This document shows, piece after piece, positions 1 to 14,298 of a DNA stretch of 64,000 nucleotides. This DNA is from Octopus sinensis (Eukaryota). Both the position numbers and the translations under genes were made by a program. Under the pieces are notes generated by a model, which was not told the origin of the DNA, searched no databases, and saw nothing but the letters and a program-made list of their open reading frames with translations. Each line of letters begins with the position of its first letter. Within the stretch, counting starts at the first letter, position 1. The stretch covers positions 42,408,001 to 42,472,000 of the forward strand of contig NC_043003.1 of assembly GCF_006345805.1 (NCBI RefSeq), given 5' to 3'.

Positions 1-1580
1 CCTTACGACTAGATTAGCAATACCATTCAATAACAGCAAACCATCTATACAACGGCAGAATAAACCTGACGTGCAACATGTTGAGTACCTTACATTTAGA
101 AGGGAAAGGGAAGAAAACTAAGGTTTGACGTTTAAAAGGTTTCGCAACGTATAAGTAAAGTGAAATCTCTTAAATCTGAAATGGTAAACGAGTTACACTT
201 AAGATCTGGTCACAAATTTATTGTCACAACCAAGCCTTAGTTATAAGCAAAATATAATCAAAACCAAAATGCAGTCATTAGCGAAGTAGCCATCATAACC
301 TGAAGATAGTCGTAACTTAGTTATAATCGAAATACAGTCATAGCTAAAACACAAAGCATAGTTATAACTAAAAACAGTCATAGCAAAAGACCATCATAAC
401 CAAAATAAAGTCATCGTAACCTAAGTGTAGTCGTAGCTAAAAAACATTATCGTTATTAGAATCCCCGACAAAATGAAAACATGGTCGAAATTAAAACACA
501 ACTAATTCCGTCCCAAGCAGAACCATACTGCAACGAAATTCCGGTCATAAGTAATATCATCTTACGAGAAGGCTCTGTAACAAATTAAACCTTATGACAA
601 TATAATTCAATTACAACTAAAGCCGATGAAAAGCAAAGAAAAGAAAATAATAATAATAATAATAATACTAGTAATAATAAAATCTGTCATTGTCGAAACC
701 GTACCGTAACCGAATTCTTATAAGATTTCCGTGATTTGCAATGTTAGCTATGAAAGCATCGGTGAGGAACACTTTGCAGAATTTCTTTCGACTCTTTTTG
801 TTTTGAGTTCGAATCCTGCCGAGATCAACTTTGTCTTTTTTTCGACCTGGGTCGATAAAATAGAGAACCAGCTAATTTCTGGGATTGGTGGTATTTTCTA
901 AATTCTCCTTTCAAAAATTGCTGTTCTTGTACCTAAGTCAGAAACGCTCGTTGAAAACGTTAGTTTACAGTCTTCCAACACTCCAAGTGTTTATTTGTAT
1001 TTTCAGAATAACAGAAACAACGAGACCAAACTGAACTAAAATACTTCACTCCTACTTAAGCTACGCACCTCTTTCAGGTCTCTGGTTCAACTCACACATA
1101 GGGAATCGAGAAGCTATCTTACAATTATAGTTCTTCCTAAAGATTATCACTGTTTTACGACTCTCTCTCACACACACACACACGTACATACACACTCACA
1201 CACTCATGTACGCAACAGACACTACTTACAAATACATATTCACACAAATACATACACACGCACACATACATATAGTCACATATACATAGCACTTAGATAA
1301 ACAGACAGTTATTGATTTCTAATGGAAACACAAAGCAACAAATTTATACGATAATGCTATAGTTCATTGGTGTTTATTTTATAGATCTCAGAGGTGTGAA
1401 AATCAATGAAAGACGATTCTGATGGCCAGTTTTGAGCTTTGTGGACGTAATTGGATGTAACAAAATACAGAAAGTCATTTAGTTCGGCGCTCTCCCATTT
1501 CTAACACTTCGCCATTTTAATGCTCTCGGAAACATAAAATGTAATAAAACAAAATGTCTCTCTTTCTCTCTCCTTCTCCC

Positions 1581-1613
<33 letters not shown>

Positions 1614-1632
1614 AATATGATGAAATTTCTGC

Positions 1633-3659
<2,027 letters not shown>

Positions 3660-4559
3660 TCAGTGCTTACATAGCCATCGACTCTTGCACTGGACAACTT
3701 CTTTCAACAAATCGTCGGACTCCCAAATGTAGTCTGATAGGCAGACAGCAAAATATATATCTGTTGCTCGCATGGATGTATAGGCGTGCTGTCAGTCACG
3801 TTCGTATGTATAGCATATGGCTGTCTGTGTATGTGTGTGCGCGCGCGCCTGCGTTTGTGCGCGTGCGCGTATTTGTATCTCTTAAAAGTTTATACTAAAC
3901 GTCTATGGATGGATTTGAAACGAGTGACGGATGCAAACAGATCTAACAGGAATTAAAAGGTGTCAAGATATCATTCCTTAATCCTTTCGCAAGTGTTTTA
4001 AGTCTTTTCACGTTAATAACGTGTATTTAATTTTATATATATATATATGAGGAAGGAGGGTGAATGTATAATATATTTTTGTGTGTTTGTGTGTGTGTGT
4101 GTGTGTGTGCGTGTGTATATGTGTGTGACTGAGCGAAAAAATTTTCACAAAATATAATATTTACTCAAATATGGAGAGAAAAAGTTAGAAATAATCTTTT
4201 TATCAGAAAGGATATATATATATATAATTTATATGATTAAAATAATAACGATATTTATTTATCATATATGTATATATAAAATTTAATTGTCACTGATAGT
4301 TTTGTAATTGTTATTGTAAATACTGATGTTGTGAATTTCTAATTTTAAATTCTACTAATCTCTATATAATTTTTGTGGTGTATTTATTGTTGTGTGTGTG
4401 TGTGCGCGCACATTTTGTTTTGAACTTTTTCAGTAAAAATTTCTGTTTTTTGGTATTTCAAATTTGTAGCTGTTAATATCCTTTTGTCGCTATAACAACA
4501 AATAATAACGTGGAAAAACTCAAAAGTAATGACGATAACGGTTCTAATTATTGTTGTTA

Positions 4560-4763
4560 TCAATGCTGTTGTTGTTGGTAATAATATTTAAGCTGTTGAT
4601 ATTTTGTTTGTCGTTGTATTGGTTGTTGTTGTTGAAGTCGTTGTTGTTGTTGTTGTTGTAGTTCGAAATATTTCGATGGTAATCCTTTCGACGAAAATGT
4701 GTCTGTTAATCCGTAATCTCTGGACGAAGTTTGACAGAAAATTAAGCTTGAAATAATATCCAT
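4560..4763 (-). CDS. Candidate upstream ORF (67 aa, polyQ) 5' of HS3ST
   Basis: ATG in strong Kozak context (ACCATGG). Non-repetitive N-half followed by CAA-encoded polyQ. No homology recognised. Confidence 0.2.
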   Translation of the reverse strand: MDIISSLIFCQTSSRDYGLTDTFSSKGLPSKYFELQQQQQQRLQQQQPIQRQTKYQQLKYYYQQQQH

Positions 4764-5555
4764 GGTCAAAAATAAATAAATAAATTGAGAATAAGATAAA
4801 AAAGAAATCAGCTGAGAAATTATATATATATATATATATACGTATGTATTATGTGTGCGTATATATATACGTATGTATTATGTGTGCGTATATATGTAAA
4901 CACGTGTGTGTAATTTTTTTTTTTTCAATTTTTCAGCCTGCAAGTGTATATCAGCTGTTTTCTGCTTAAATATATTGTTTAATATACGTAGATACCATGC
5001 GAATACTCAGAACAAATATGTACATGTGAGTTTGGTTGCATTCAGGCGATTGTATGTCTGTGTGTGCGTGTGTGTGTGTGTGTGTGGCAGTGCCTGTATG
5101 TATGATGTGTGTTGGGAGCGAGTGTGCGTATGGCTGGATCGATAATTAAATATATATGTATGAAATGTATGTGTGTCTGTGACTGTGTGTTCGTGTGTCT
5201 GTGTGTGAGATTATAAGATCAATAACAGAAACTGTGTTTGTGTGTTCTTTTATAATTATAAGTGTGTGTATGTATATTTGGAACGTGTGCGTGCTTGGTT
5301 GTATAGATTTGTGTGTTTACAGCAAGGAACGAATATATTTAATTATATATTCTTTCATTATCCTTTCGTTTTTCTTCTTTGATTATTATTTAAAATCTCG
5401 CTTGTATTCATTTGTCTTCATTACTTTCGCAAGATTTTAAGATATTTCCCAAAACATTATTTCTAGTTTAGTAATCGGTTGTTACAGACATAGATATGTA
5501 TGTATATTATATGTATGTATACTTGTATTTATATATGTATATATATATATATATA

Positions 5556-6229
5556 TATTGTGTATGTATATTTGTCTATGTCTTTTTTTTAATGAATTTA
5601 GGTTAAATAAATATATTGCCTATTTTGGATATGAAATAAAAATGAAAGTATTGAATATAACTTCTGCGTTTGGATACGTATATGCGTATACAGAGAGAGA
5701 GACAGAGAGACAGAGAGTGAGTGAGAGAATGAGTGTGTAAGTGTGTGTGTCAAAGAAATACACACAGACAGATAGATAAAGAAATAGATAGAAAGATTGA
5801 GAGACAGAGAGATAGAAAGATGGATATACTGAGCGATAGACTAACAAAATGTATAAAAATGTATTAGAATCTTGTAGTTGTTACAGCTGTTGTGTTTCGA
5901 GAAGAATGATTCAGAGACAGATTTAGAAATTACAAGATTAGTACTTAACTAAAATAGCCTTGATAATAATGGTAATAATAATAATAATAAAATTTTAATA
6001 TGATGAAGTATAACCTATGTACAGATATATCTAAATTAATATATATATATAATGATTAATTTATGTAAATGTATATGGAAATGAATTTAGAGTATGTAAT
6101 TTTTTAAAATACCCAACTGTTAAATAATATATGTGTATATAATTTGCTTGATATATTTTTGTTTGTTACTCATATACGTATGTGGTATATGTGCTTGTTT
6201 AGAAAACAGGAATTGTTTAAGATACTGGT

Positions 6230-6260
<31 letters not shown>

Positions 6261-6401
6261 TATATATATGTATTGTGTATGTATATTTGTCTATGTCTTT
6301 TTTTTAATGAATTTAGGTTAATAAATATATTGCCTATTTTGGATATGAAATAAAAATGAAAGTATTGAATATAACTTCTGCGTTTGGATACGTATATGCG
6401 T

Positions 6402-6455
<54 letters not shown>

Positions 6456-6971
6456 TGAGTGAGAGAATGAGTGTGTAAGTGTGTGTGTCAAAGAAATACA
6501 CACAGACAGATAGATAAAGAAATAGATAGAAAGATTGAGAGACAGAGAGACAGAGAGATAGAAAGATGGATATACTGAGCGATAGACTAACAAAATGTAT
6601 AAAAATGTATTAGAATCTTGTAGTTGTTACAGCTGTTGTGTTTCGAGAAGAATGATTCAGAGACAGATTTAGAAATTACAAGATTAGTACTTAACTAAAA
6701 TAGCCTTGATAATAATGGTAATAATAATAATAAAATTTTAATATGATGAAGTATAACCTATGTACAGATATATCTAAATTAATATATATATATAATGATT
6801 AATTTATGTAAATGTATATGGAAATGAATTTAGAGTATGTAATTTTTTAAAATACCCAACTGTTAAATAATATATGTGTATATAATTTGCTTGATATATT
6901 TTTGTTTGTTACTCATATACGTATGTGGTATATGTGCTTGTTTAGAAAACAGGAATTTTTAAGATACTGGT

Positions 6972-7005
<34 letters not shown>

Positions 7006-7008
7006 TAT
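5556..7008. repeat. Direct tandem duplication, period about 715 bp, two near-identical copies
   Basis: tattgtgtatgtatatttgtctatgtc... starts at 5556 and 6271. The copies differ mainly in (GA)n/(TA)n lengths, and the boundaries lie in (TA)n. Confidence 0.9.
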
Positions 7009-7306
7009 GTATAAACATCCGAATATTGGAAGATATATTGCAAACTTGGTGAAGTATTTCTTCTTCTGTAAGAACTGATTCCGCTGAGAACTGCAGATAA
7101 GAAAATTTCTGAAAATTGATTGAAAGAAGAAGAAAAAAAAAATCAATAATTATATAAACAAAAGAAATGGTAATTTCAACTCAAATACATAAAGATGACA
7201 AAAATAAGTTATTAGTATTCATTTCGTATTTAAACTAAAACTGGTCTATATTTTAGTGAAGGTATATGTAGTATTTTGTTGTAATCGGAAGCGGAGTATG
7301 TGTGAA

Positions 7307-7337
<31 letters not shown>

Positions 7338-7365
7338 GGTAAACAGTAAAAATAATTACAGACAT

Positions 7366-7482
7366 GGACAAGAACATGAAACACCACAGAGACGACACAA
7401 GAACCACAGGACGGGACATTCGAAGCCCTCAGTCATCAGTCAAGAACCAGATCATCTTAGCAATTTCGGCTGATTAATCTTG
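7366..7482. mobile_element. Short dispersed repeat inserted in (TA)n; same family as both arms of 37816-38071
   Basis: ggacaagaacatgaaacacc...gacgggacattcgaagccctcagtcatcagtcaagaaccag matches 37838-37935. Confidence 0.75.
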
Positions 7483-7578
7483 AATATATATATATATATT
7501 ATATATATAAATTAATATATATATATGTATATATATAAATTAATATATATATATGTATATATATATGCAAATGTTACA

Positions 7579-7629
<51 letters not shown>

Positions 7630-7907
7630 TAGATAGATAAATAGTTATATGTATTTATAATTAGATAGTATATATATATGTATAACAGTATCGTCTCACC
7701 TGGAGGAGCGTACCTCCTAAAGAACTGACTATATGTGAACTATTGTAAACTGCAGGATGGAATTATAGTAACTTTACGGATGTCCGTAAATATCAATGAC
7801 TGATGTCGGAGATGGTGATGACGAAGATGATATTGACGATAACGACAGCGATGACGATGGATAGGCTAAAAAGTTTATGGACCTTGATGTGTTGTTTTTC
7901 ATTTAGA

Positions 7908-7938
<31 letters not shown>

Positions 7939-8658
7939 TGCATATATATATATGTTTGTACGCACGAATATATAAGTGTGTAGTGTGTGTGTGTGTGTTT
8001 AGAAAGAGAGCTATAATCACGGATATGCTACAGGTACAATGATGCCTCAGATGATATGCGTGGAAGTGAGTGTGTGTGTCTGTGTGCGCGTGTGTGTGTA
8101 TGTGTGTCTGTGTGTGTGAGGCCAGAAAGAGAGAGGTGAACAAAAAAAAAAGAAGAAAAAAGTAATCAGAACGAGATATATTATTAGGAGATTAGATCAG
8201 TAATATGTATATATATATATACGGGTGGTCAGAACATTAAGCTCGGGTGCCGATACGTCAGATCAATAGGTCCGGGGTATAATAATATAGAAATGTATAA
8301 GTTAATCCGGGTATATTGTCAGGCGACAGGTCGATAGTTCCGGGTGGATTTATAGCGTGGTTAGGAGCAGATCGTTTTAGACAGGAATATTATGTATATA
8401 TTTATATTTATATATTATAAAATATATAATTAAAATATAATCATATTTTCTAGGTGTTGGATGATGTATACGTAAATCCGGGGATATATATATGTATGTA
8501 TATATTATATTATATTATATTATATTATATTATATTATATTATATTATATATTAATCACAGAGAAAGAAATATAAAGGTTATCCACTTGTTGTTTTAGAG
8601 TTGCTCCTTGCAAGAAAATATTATAAAACCCCTCAGCCTATCATATATATATATATGT

Positions 8659-8715
<57 letters not shown>

Positions 8716-9792
8716 GTGTGTGTGTCTCTGTGTGTGTGTGTGTGTAATTATGTATTTATGTATATTTACAAATGTGTGTGTGTGTTTATATCTGTGTTGT
8801 GTTTGTGTATATGTTTAGATATACATACATTTAACTACGTAAACATATAAACATATATCGGAGTAGAAATATTTATTTAATAAATTTCACACACAATCTT
8901 TCTTCGTTTGTCTCTCTCTCTCTCTTCTTTCTTCTTTCTTCTTTCTCTCTCTCTCTCTAGTTGTATATATATATATGTGTGTGTGTGTGTCTGCGTGTGA
9001 GTGCGTGCAGTTGTGTGTAGAAAATACTTCGTTCATTTATTAAGTATACATATTCGTAGCAGTATGGGACAGTGCATCATAATTTTTATCTATGTATACA
9101 TGCCTGTATATATATATGTGTATGGGTGTATATATCTGTATGTATATGTACGTGCCTGCGTATATGTGTGTAATATTCGTGCGTGCGGTAGGGGTGCGCG
9201 GGTCTTCTTACTGTTTGTATACGTGATTATATATATATATATATGTTATTTTTCAACACAACTCGATCGTTTTCGATCATAAAGTCCATGCGGTAAACAT
9301 TACGTGTAACGATAAATACAGATGAACATATATATATATATATATATAAGTATATGAACGTATACGAATTTGTGTGAATGAGTGAGTGAGTATGTCATGC
9401 GTTGTGTGGTTGTGTGATATATTTTATATATACAGTTTGTTGTTACACGGGACGTTAAGATCTGTGTTTCAAACAGCAAGTGCGTGGTTGGAAGTTGTTT
9501 GTTCGTTCGCTAGCTATACACTGCTAACATGTTCCTCATGTTACTGTTGCTGCTATATGTTGTTGTTGGTGTTGATTTTTGTTTGTAATCGTTGTTACAA
9601 CTTGCTGTTATAGTTGTATTTACTATCTCTGATGTCACTTATTTGTAGAGGCTTCTTTTCTTCTTGTCGCTTGTTTCTAGTGTTGTTATTTGTTACATTG
9701 AATGTTGTTCAGTTTAGTTTAAGTTGCAATAGAAATAGTGAGGGCGAGAGAGAAGACCGACGTGATTGAATGTAGAGGTGGAGGAAGTGGCG

Positions 9793-9830
<38 letters not shown>

Positions 9831-10178
9831 TGTGTATATGTGTGTGTGTGTGTGTATGCGTGGCTTGTTGCTTTTCTACGCGTTAATGTTAACGTTACTG
9901 ACAACTCTGGGGGGCAATTTAAAGCTGTGAAGAAGCTATATGAAGCGATAGAACATTATATGAGTATGTGTGTGTGAGTGAGTGAATGTGTGCGAGTCGC
10001 GAGAGAAAGAGAGAGAGAGAAGCAGAAGAGGGAGACGGAAAAAAAGAAAAGAAAAGAGAGAAAAGGGAAGAAGATAGAAATACACCTGTAGAGAGAGACA
10101 AGTAAGGTTGATAGAAAATCAGACAGTCAAACGGATAGAGATAGGTAGGTATACGTACTCACGCTATCATGGACACAC

Positions 10179-10223
<45 letters not shown>

Positions 10224-10241
10224 CACGCGTACACACGCACA

Positions 10242-10281
<40 letters not shown>

Positions 10282-10376
10282 GGAGAGTTGACAGAGGAAA
10301 AAAAAAATCACAGTATTAGACACAGAGTGGTGGAAGGTAAGGATGACAGAGAGAGGAAAAAAGTTATACAGAAAGA

Positions 10377-10413
<37 letters not shown>

Positions 10414-10439
10414 AGAGAGAGAGAGAGAGAGAGAACACA

Positions 10440-10640
10440 ACCTGGAATCTATATGGCACTCACTACCTGCGCAACAAACACTCAGCCAGATCTAACAGTT
10501 CTTCTCTGCCGGTTGGTCTCACTATGCCATCATCTATATCGGCCCGCCAGCAGCCAGCCACTCACGTGACTACACATCGATCATTTCATTGGATAGCCGA
10601 CATTCACTACCGCCGTAGACAGCATCTTAACGTTTGTATT
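10440..10640 (-). promoter_or_regulatory. Candidate promoter / non-coding first exon for HS3ST
   Basis: Island of unique, GC-richer sequence between microsatellites, with a CCAAT box on the minus strand (~10587), a palindromic TCACGTGA E-box (~10562) and a GTGAGT donor on the minus strand (10458-10463). Inference only. Confidence 0.25.
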
Positions 10641-10828
10641 TTACTTAGACTTTTTTCTCTAAATTTTTTTTTTTCTACAATGTTTTTTTTTATATATATT
10701 TTTGTTATCGTTTTGTCTTCATTTCCAGGACTTTCTTTTCTTTCTTTTTTATGTTTTTTTAAATTTACCTCTGCTACTTTTTTTTTTTTGCATTCTTATC
10801 AAGTACGTCCCACATTTTTCTGTGTGTG

Positions 10829-10871
<43 letters not shown>

Positions 10872-11575
10872 ACGCACATCTATCTGTCTATCTATCTATC
10901 TATCTATCTATCTTCGCAGACATACATTTATAACAAGTGTGTAGTTATGCACACACACACGCACACACACACACAAACACACACACAAACACACACACAA
11001 ACACACACATGCACACACACAATGCTTCAGGGACTGACTTCATGCATGGCACTTTTCACACACACACACATAACTGAATTCTTCCGCTACACAGCGACTT
11101 TCTTCTTTATCACTGTTTTATTTTTATTTTTCCAATTTTTCTTTCTTTCATTCTTACATTCATCATTTGAAAAGTTTTTTTTCTTTTCATTCTTTTTAAA
11201 GTATCATTTATTTTCTTCCAAAAGGTTTTTGGAATTTTTTTTCTTATTACCTGTTATTTGGCGTTGGTTTTCCCTCTTTTACTCTTTATTGTTTAATTTC
11301 TGTGTTTCCTAAAATTCTTCATCTCATTCATTTATTCAATTAATTATTAACATTACTTTTCTTTCTTTACTATTTTCTTCTTTCTCCCTCTCTAAAATTC
11401 TTTCAGTATTTCCGTCTTTCTTGCCTCATTTCGATCACCAAGAATCGATTTCTGTGTTAAAAACTTGAAGCGCATCTCTCCACCCCTCAATTACAAGGAA
11501 ACATGTGGTCGGTTTTTCATCACCGGCTTTCGATTGTTCACATGGATGAGAAATATATTCATTCGGAAAGGACAG

Positions 11576-11674
<99 letters not shown>
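11576..11674. repeat. (CTAT)n microsatellite
   Basis: About 24 perfect units. Confidence 0.95.
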
Positions 11675-11712
11675 GATTATATATATATATATATTATATA
11701 TATATATATATA

Positions 11713-12062
11713 TATAACAATAATTAAGGGTTTAGCAACAAGTTGCTTCACCACATACCGAAAAATTTAGAAATAGCAGCCAAAAGACCATTATTTCTTT
11801 TCGCTACAAAATATGACTCCACAGATAACAATATTGTTATCTGTGGAGTCATATTTTGTAGCGAAAAGAAATAACGGTCCGGTCTTTTGGCTGCTATTTC
11901 TAAATTTTTCGGTACGTGGTGAAGCAACTTGTTGCTAAACCCTTAATAATTGTTATAATTATATATAAAACTTCTTGTATAAGTTTTTACCGAATATGGT
12001 TCTTTTCCATACCGAAACTACTTGGTAAAATTTATTAATTATAAATTAATAATGTTTTATCC
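11713..12062. mobile_element. Asymmetric palindromic element: zero-spacer palindrome 11713-11957 plus extension of the right arm
   Basis: Centre gataacaat|attgttatc at 11832/11833, arms about 120 bp. Shares cttcaccacataccgaa..atttagaaatagcag with 61040-61076, and 11960-12062 is the reverse complement of 60930-60995. Confidence 0.85.
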
Positions 12063-12149
12063 TATATCTATAATGATATATATATATGGGGGATGGGGCG
12101 TGTGTGTGAGTGTGCGTGTAGGTATGTATATCTTTTTTTATTTTACATA

Positions 12150-12569
12150 TTTCAATCATTAGATTGCGGCCACGCTGAGCCACCGCCTTGAAGAGAAGTT
12201 TTAGTCGAACGAATTCACCCCACTATTTATTATTATATATATCTTAAGGCCTGGTACTTATTCTATTAGGTCTATTTAGCCGAACTTCTTGGTTACGAGG
12301 AGGTAAGCATAACCAACACCATTTGTACAGCGGTAGTGAAAGGGTACAAACACAAAGACACACACACACACCACACACACACACACACGCACACACACGC
12401 ACACAACGCACACACACATATATATATATACAACGGACTCCCGTCAGTTTTCATCTACCAAATCCACTAACAAGGCTTGAGTAAAAGACACTTGCTCAAG
12501 GGGCCAAGCAACAGGACTGAACCCGTAGTTAGTATGCAAACTTCTTACCACACAGCCATACCTGCACCT
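12150..12569 (-). mobile_element. tRNA-derived SINE family A (CORE-like middle)
   Basis: Reverse complement begins aggtgcaggtatggctgtgtggtaagaag; ends in ...ggcggtggctcagcgtggccgcaatc, as in the other family A copies. Confidence 0.75.
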
Positions 12570-12610
12570 TTATGTGTGTGTGTGTGTGTGTGTGTTTCTA
12601 TATATACATA

Positions 12611-12802
12611 CGCTGGGCGAAATGCTTAGCGGTATTTCGCCTGTCGTTACGTTCTGAGTTCAAATTCCGCCGAGGTCGACTTTATCGGGGATCGATAAAT
12701 AAAGTACCAGTTACGCACTGGGGTCGATGTAATCGACTTAATCCCTTTGTCTGTCCTTGTTTGTCCCCTCTATGTTTAGCCCCTTGTGGGCAGTAAAGAA
12801 AT
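12611..12802 (+). mobile_element. tRNA-derived SINE family B (Meta-domain-like GAGGTCGACTTT...GGTCGATAAA)
   Basis: Matches the full copy at 32075; B-box-like GAGTTCAAATTCC. Confidence 0.8.
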
Positions 12803-13254
12803 ATATATGTATATATATATTCTTTTATTTGTTTCAGTCATTTGACTGCGGCCATGCTGGAGCACCGCCTTTAAAAACTAGCACCCACTACAAGTGTATA
12901 TATGTATGCATATCCATCCGAGCAGAGATGTTGTTAAGAAGTTGGCATTGCAACAAGTGGTTTCACGTTCAGTCCCAAGGTATGGCACCTCGTGCAGGCG
13001 TCTTCTACTATAGTTCCGGGCTGACCGACGTTTTGTGAGTGAATTTCGTTGATAGAAACTGTGGTAGCCCACCGAATATGTATGTTTGTGTGTCTAAACA
13101 TACATATATATCTATGTGTGTGTGTATATATATATACATATATGTGTGTGTATGTGTGCTTATATGTATGTATATATATATGTGTATATATATGTATATG
13201 TATGTATATATAGATGTATATATGTGTGTATGTGTATATCAACATGTGACCTCG

Positions 13255-13450
13255 TGAGCACCGCCAGTAATTTTTTTCCTCTGTCTTCCCTTCTCGGGAT
13301 CTTTCCTTCTCCTTTGTTTCCGACGAAGAGCTCCGCTCGAAACGTTAAACCCTCCTTCTTCCCTTCTTTCCTGAGCGTCCAATAATACTTTATTTGTTCC
13401 ACGTCCTCGCGTTGCTGTGTTTTTTTGTGTTTTCTTGTTTGGATTAACTA
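13255..13450 (+). mobile_element. Short pyrimidine-rich element carrying a hammerhead-like motif
   Basis: Flanked by TA-rich microsatellite. A partial reverse copy lies at 45272-45350, so it is a dispersed family. Confidence 0.7.
13316..13350 (+). ncRNA. Minimal type I hammerhead ribozyme-like motif (U4C variant)
   Basis: GTTT-CCGACGA-A-GAGC(TCC)GCTC-GAAAC-GTT-AAAC: stem I GTTT/AAAC, stem II GAGC/GCTC, palindromic AACGTT stem III. Confidence 0.6.
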
Positions 13451-13658
13451 TATATATTACATATATGTATATATGTATATGTGAGTGTGTGTGTGTGCGC
13501 GCGAGTGTGTGTTCTTGTGTTTGTACCTTAACCTGCTTCACAACAGGTGTTGGTTTGTTTACACCCCACTCTCAAACAAAGCTATTCAGTAAAATAACTC
13601 AATAAAATAAGTACCAGTTATAAAAATCGTACGTACTGTGAGTATTGAGGTTCGATTC

Positions 13659-13821
13659 CAGGGGTTCTCAAACATTTTTTTTGCCTATGGACGGCTTAGA
13701 TTCCTATTTTACTTAGACTTACAGCATTTTTATAATTAAATATTATTAAGAATTGTATAAAAAAAAACATAAAGTTTGTTGTGTATTATAGAAGTATAAT
13801 CAATTAATTGCGAACCACTAG
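13659..13821. mobile_element. hAT-type MITE remnant
   Basis: Ends CAGGGGTTCTCAA ... TTGCGAACCACTA resemble Charlie/MER5-like TIRs. Confidence 0.4.
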
Positions 13822-13976
13822 AGTAAACCCTTCAAGGTGGGGCTCCTCTTTCGCTGCTGTCCAGTGATAGAAATAAAAGATGGATGTTTTCTACTATAGC
13901 CTCGAGTCGACCGAGGCGTTGTTAGTGGATTTGGTAGACGGAAACTGAAAGAAGCCTGTCGAAATATATATATATG

Positions 13977-14020
<44 letters not shown>

Positions 14021-14036
14021 ATGTTACATTACTCGG

Positions 14037-14110
14037 TAGTCAAGATAAAACTCTGAGTTTCAGATGCCGAAGTGGAAATCCACAACACCATCTCTTCGGT
14101 TATCTGGCTA
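14037..14110 (-). ncRNA. Hammerhead-like motif in the 3' region of the Penelope-like element
   Basis: AGATAA-CCGAAGA-GATG..GTGGA(TT)TCCAC..CATC-T-GAAAC-TCAGA-GTT-TTATCT: stem I AGATAA/TTATCT, long stem II, GUU triplet. Non-canonical core. Confidence 0.5.
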
Positions 14111-14298
14111 TTTGAAAACGTTATGAAAAAATACCGTTAAAAATGAAGGGAAATTACTCTGTTATAACTCTGCTTTGCCTGCGTACTTATACATCGCTCG
14201 CATTTTTCGTCATAAAAATTATATAAAATACATAAAAATATATAAAAATATATAAAAATATATAAAATCTTCTTGGGACATAACACAGAAAGCATGTT

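Noticed and set aside
230-600. Loosely periodic cagtcatagc/ataac motifs
   Set aside because: Eroded minisatellite-like sequence; no consistent unit or structure could be supported.
8220-8480. Four to five TCCGGG motifs about 34 bp apart
   Set aside because: Intervening sequence is not conserved; too weak for a repeat array or binding-site cluster call.
4906-13605. Numerous 60-260 aa ORFs rich in YI/CV/HT/LS repeats (and similar ORFs throughout the window)
   Set aside because: Translations of (TA)n, (TG)n, (CA)n, (GA)n and (CTAT)n microsatellites; no domain content.
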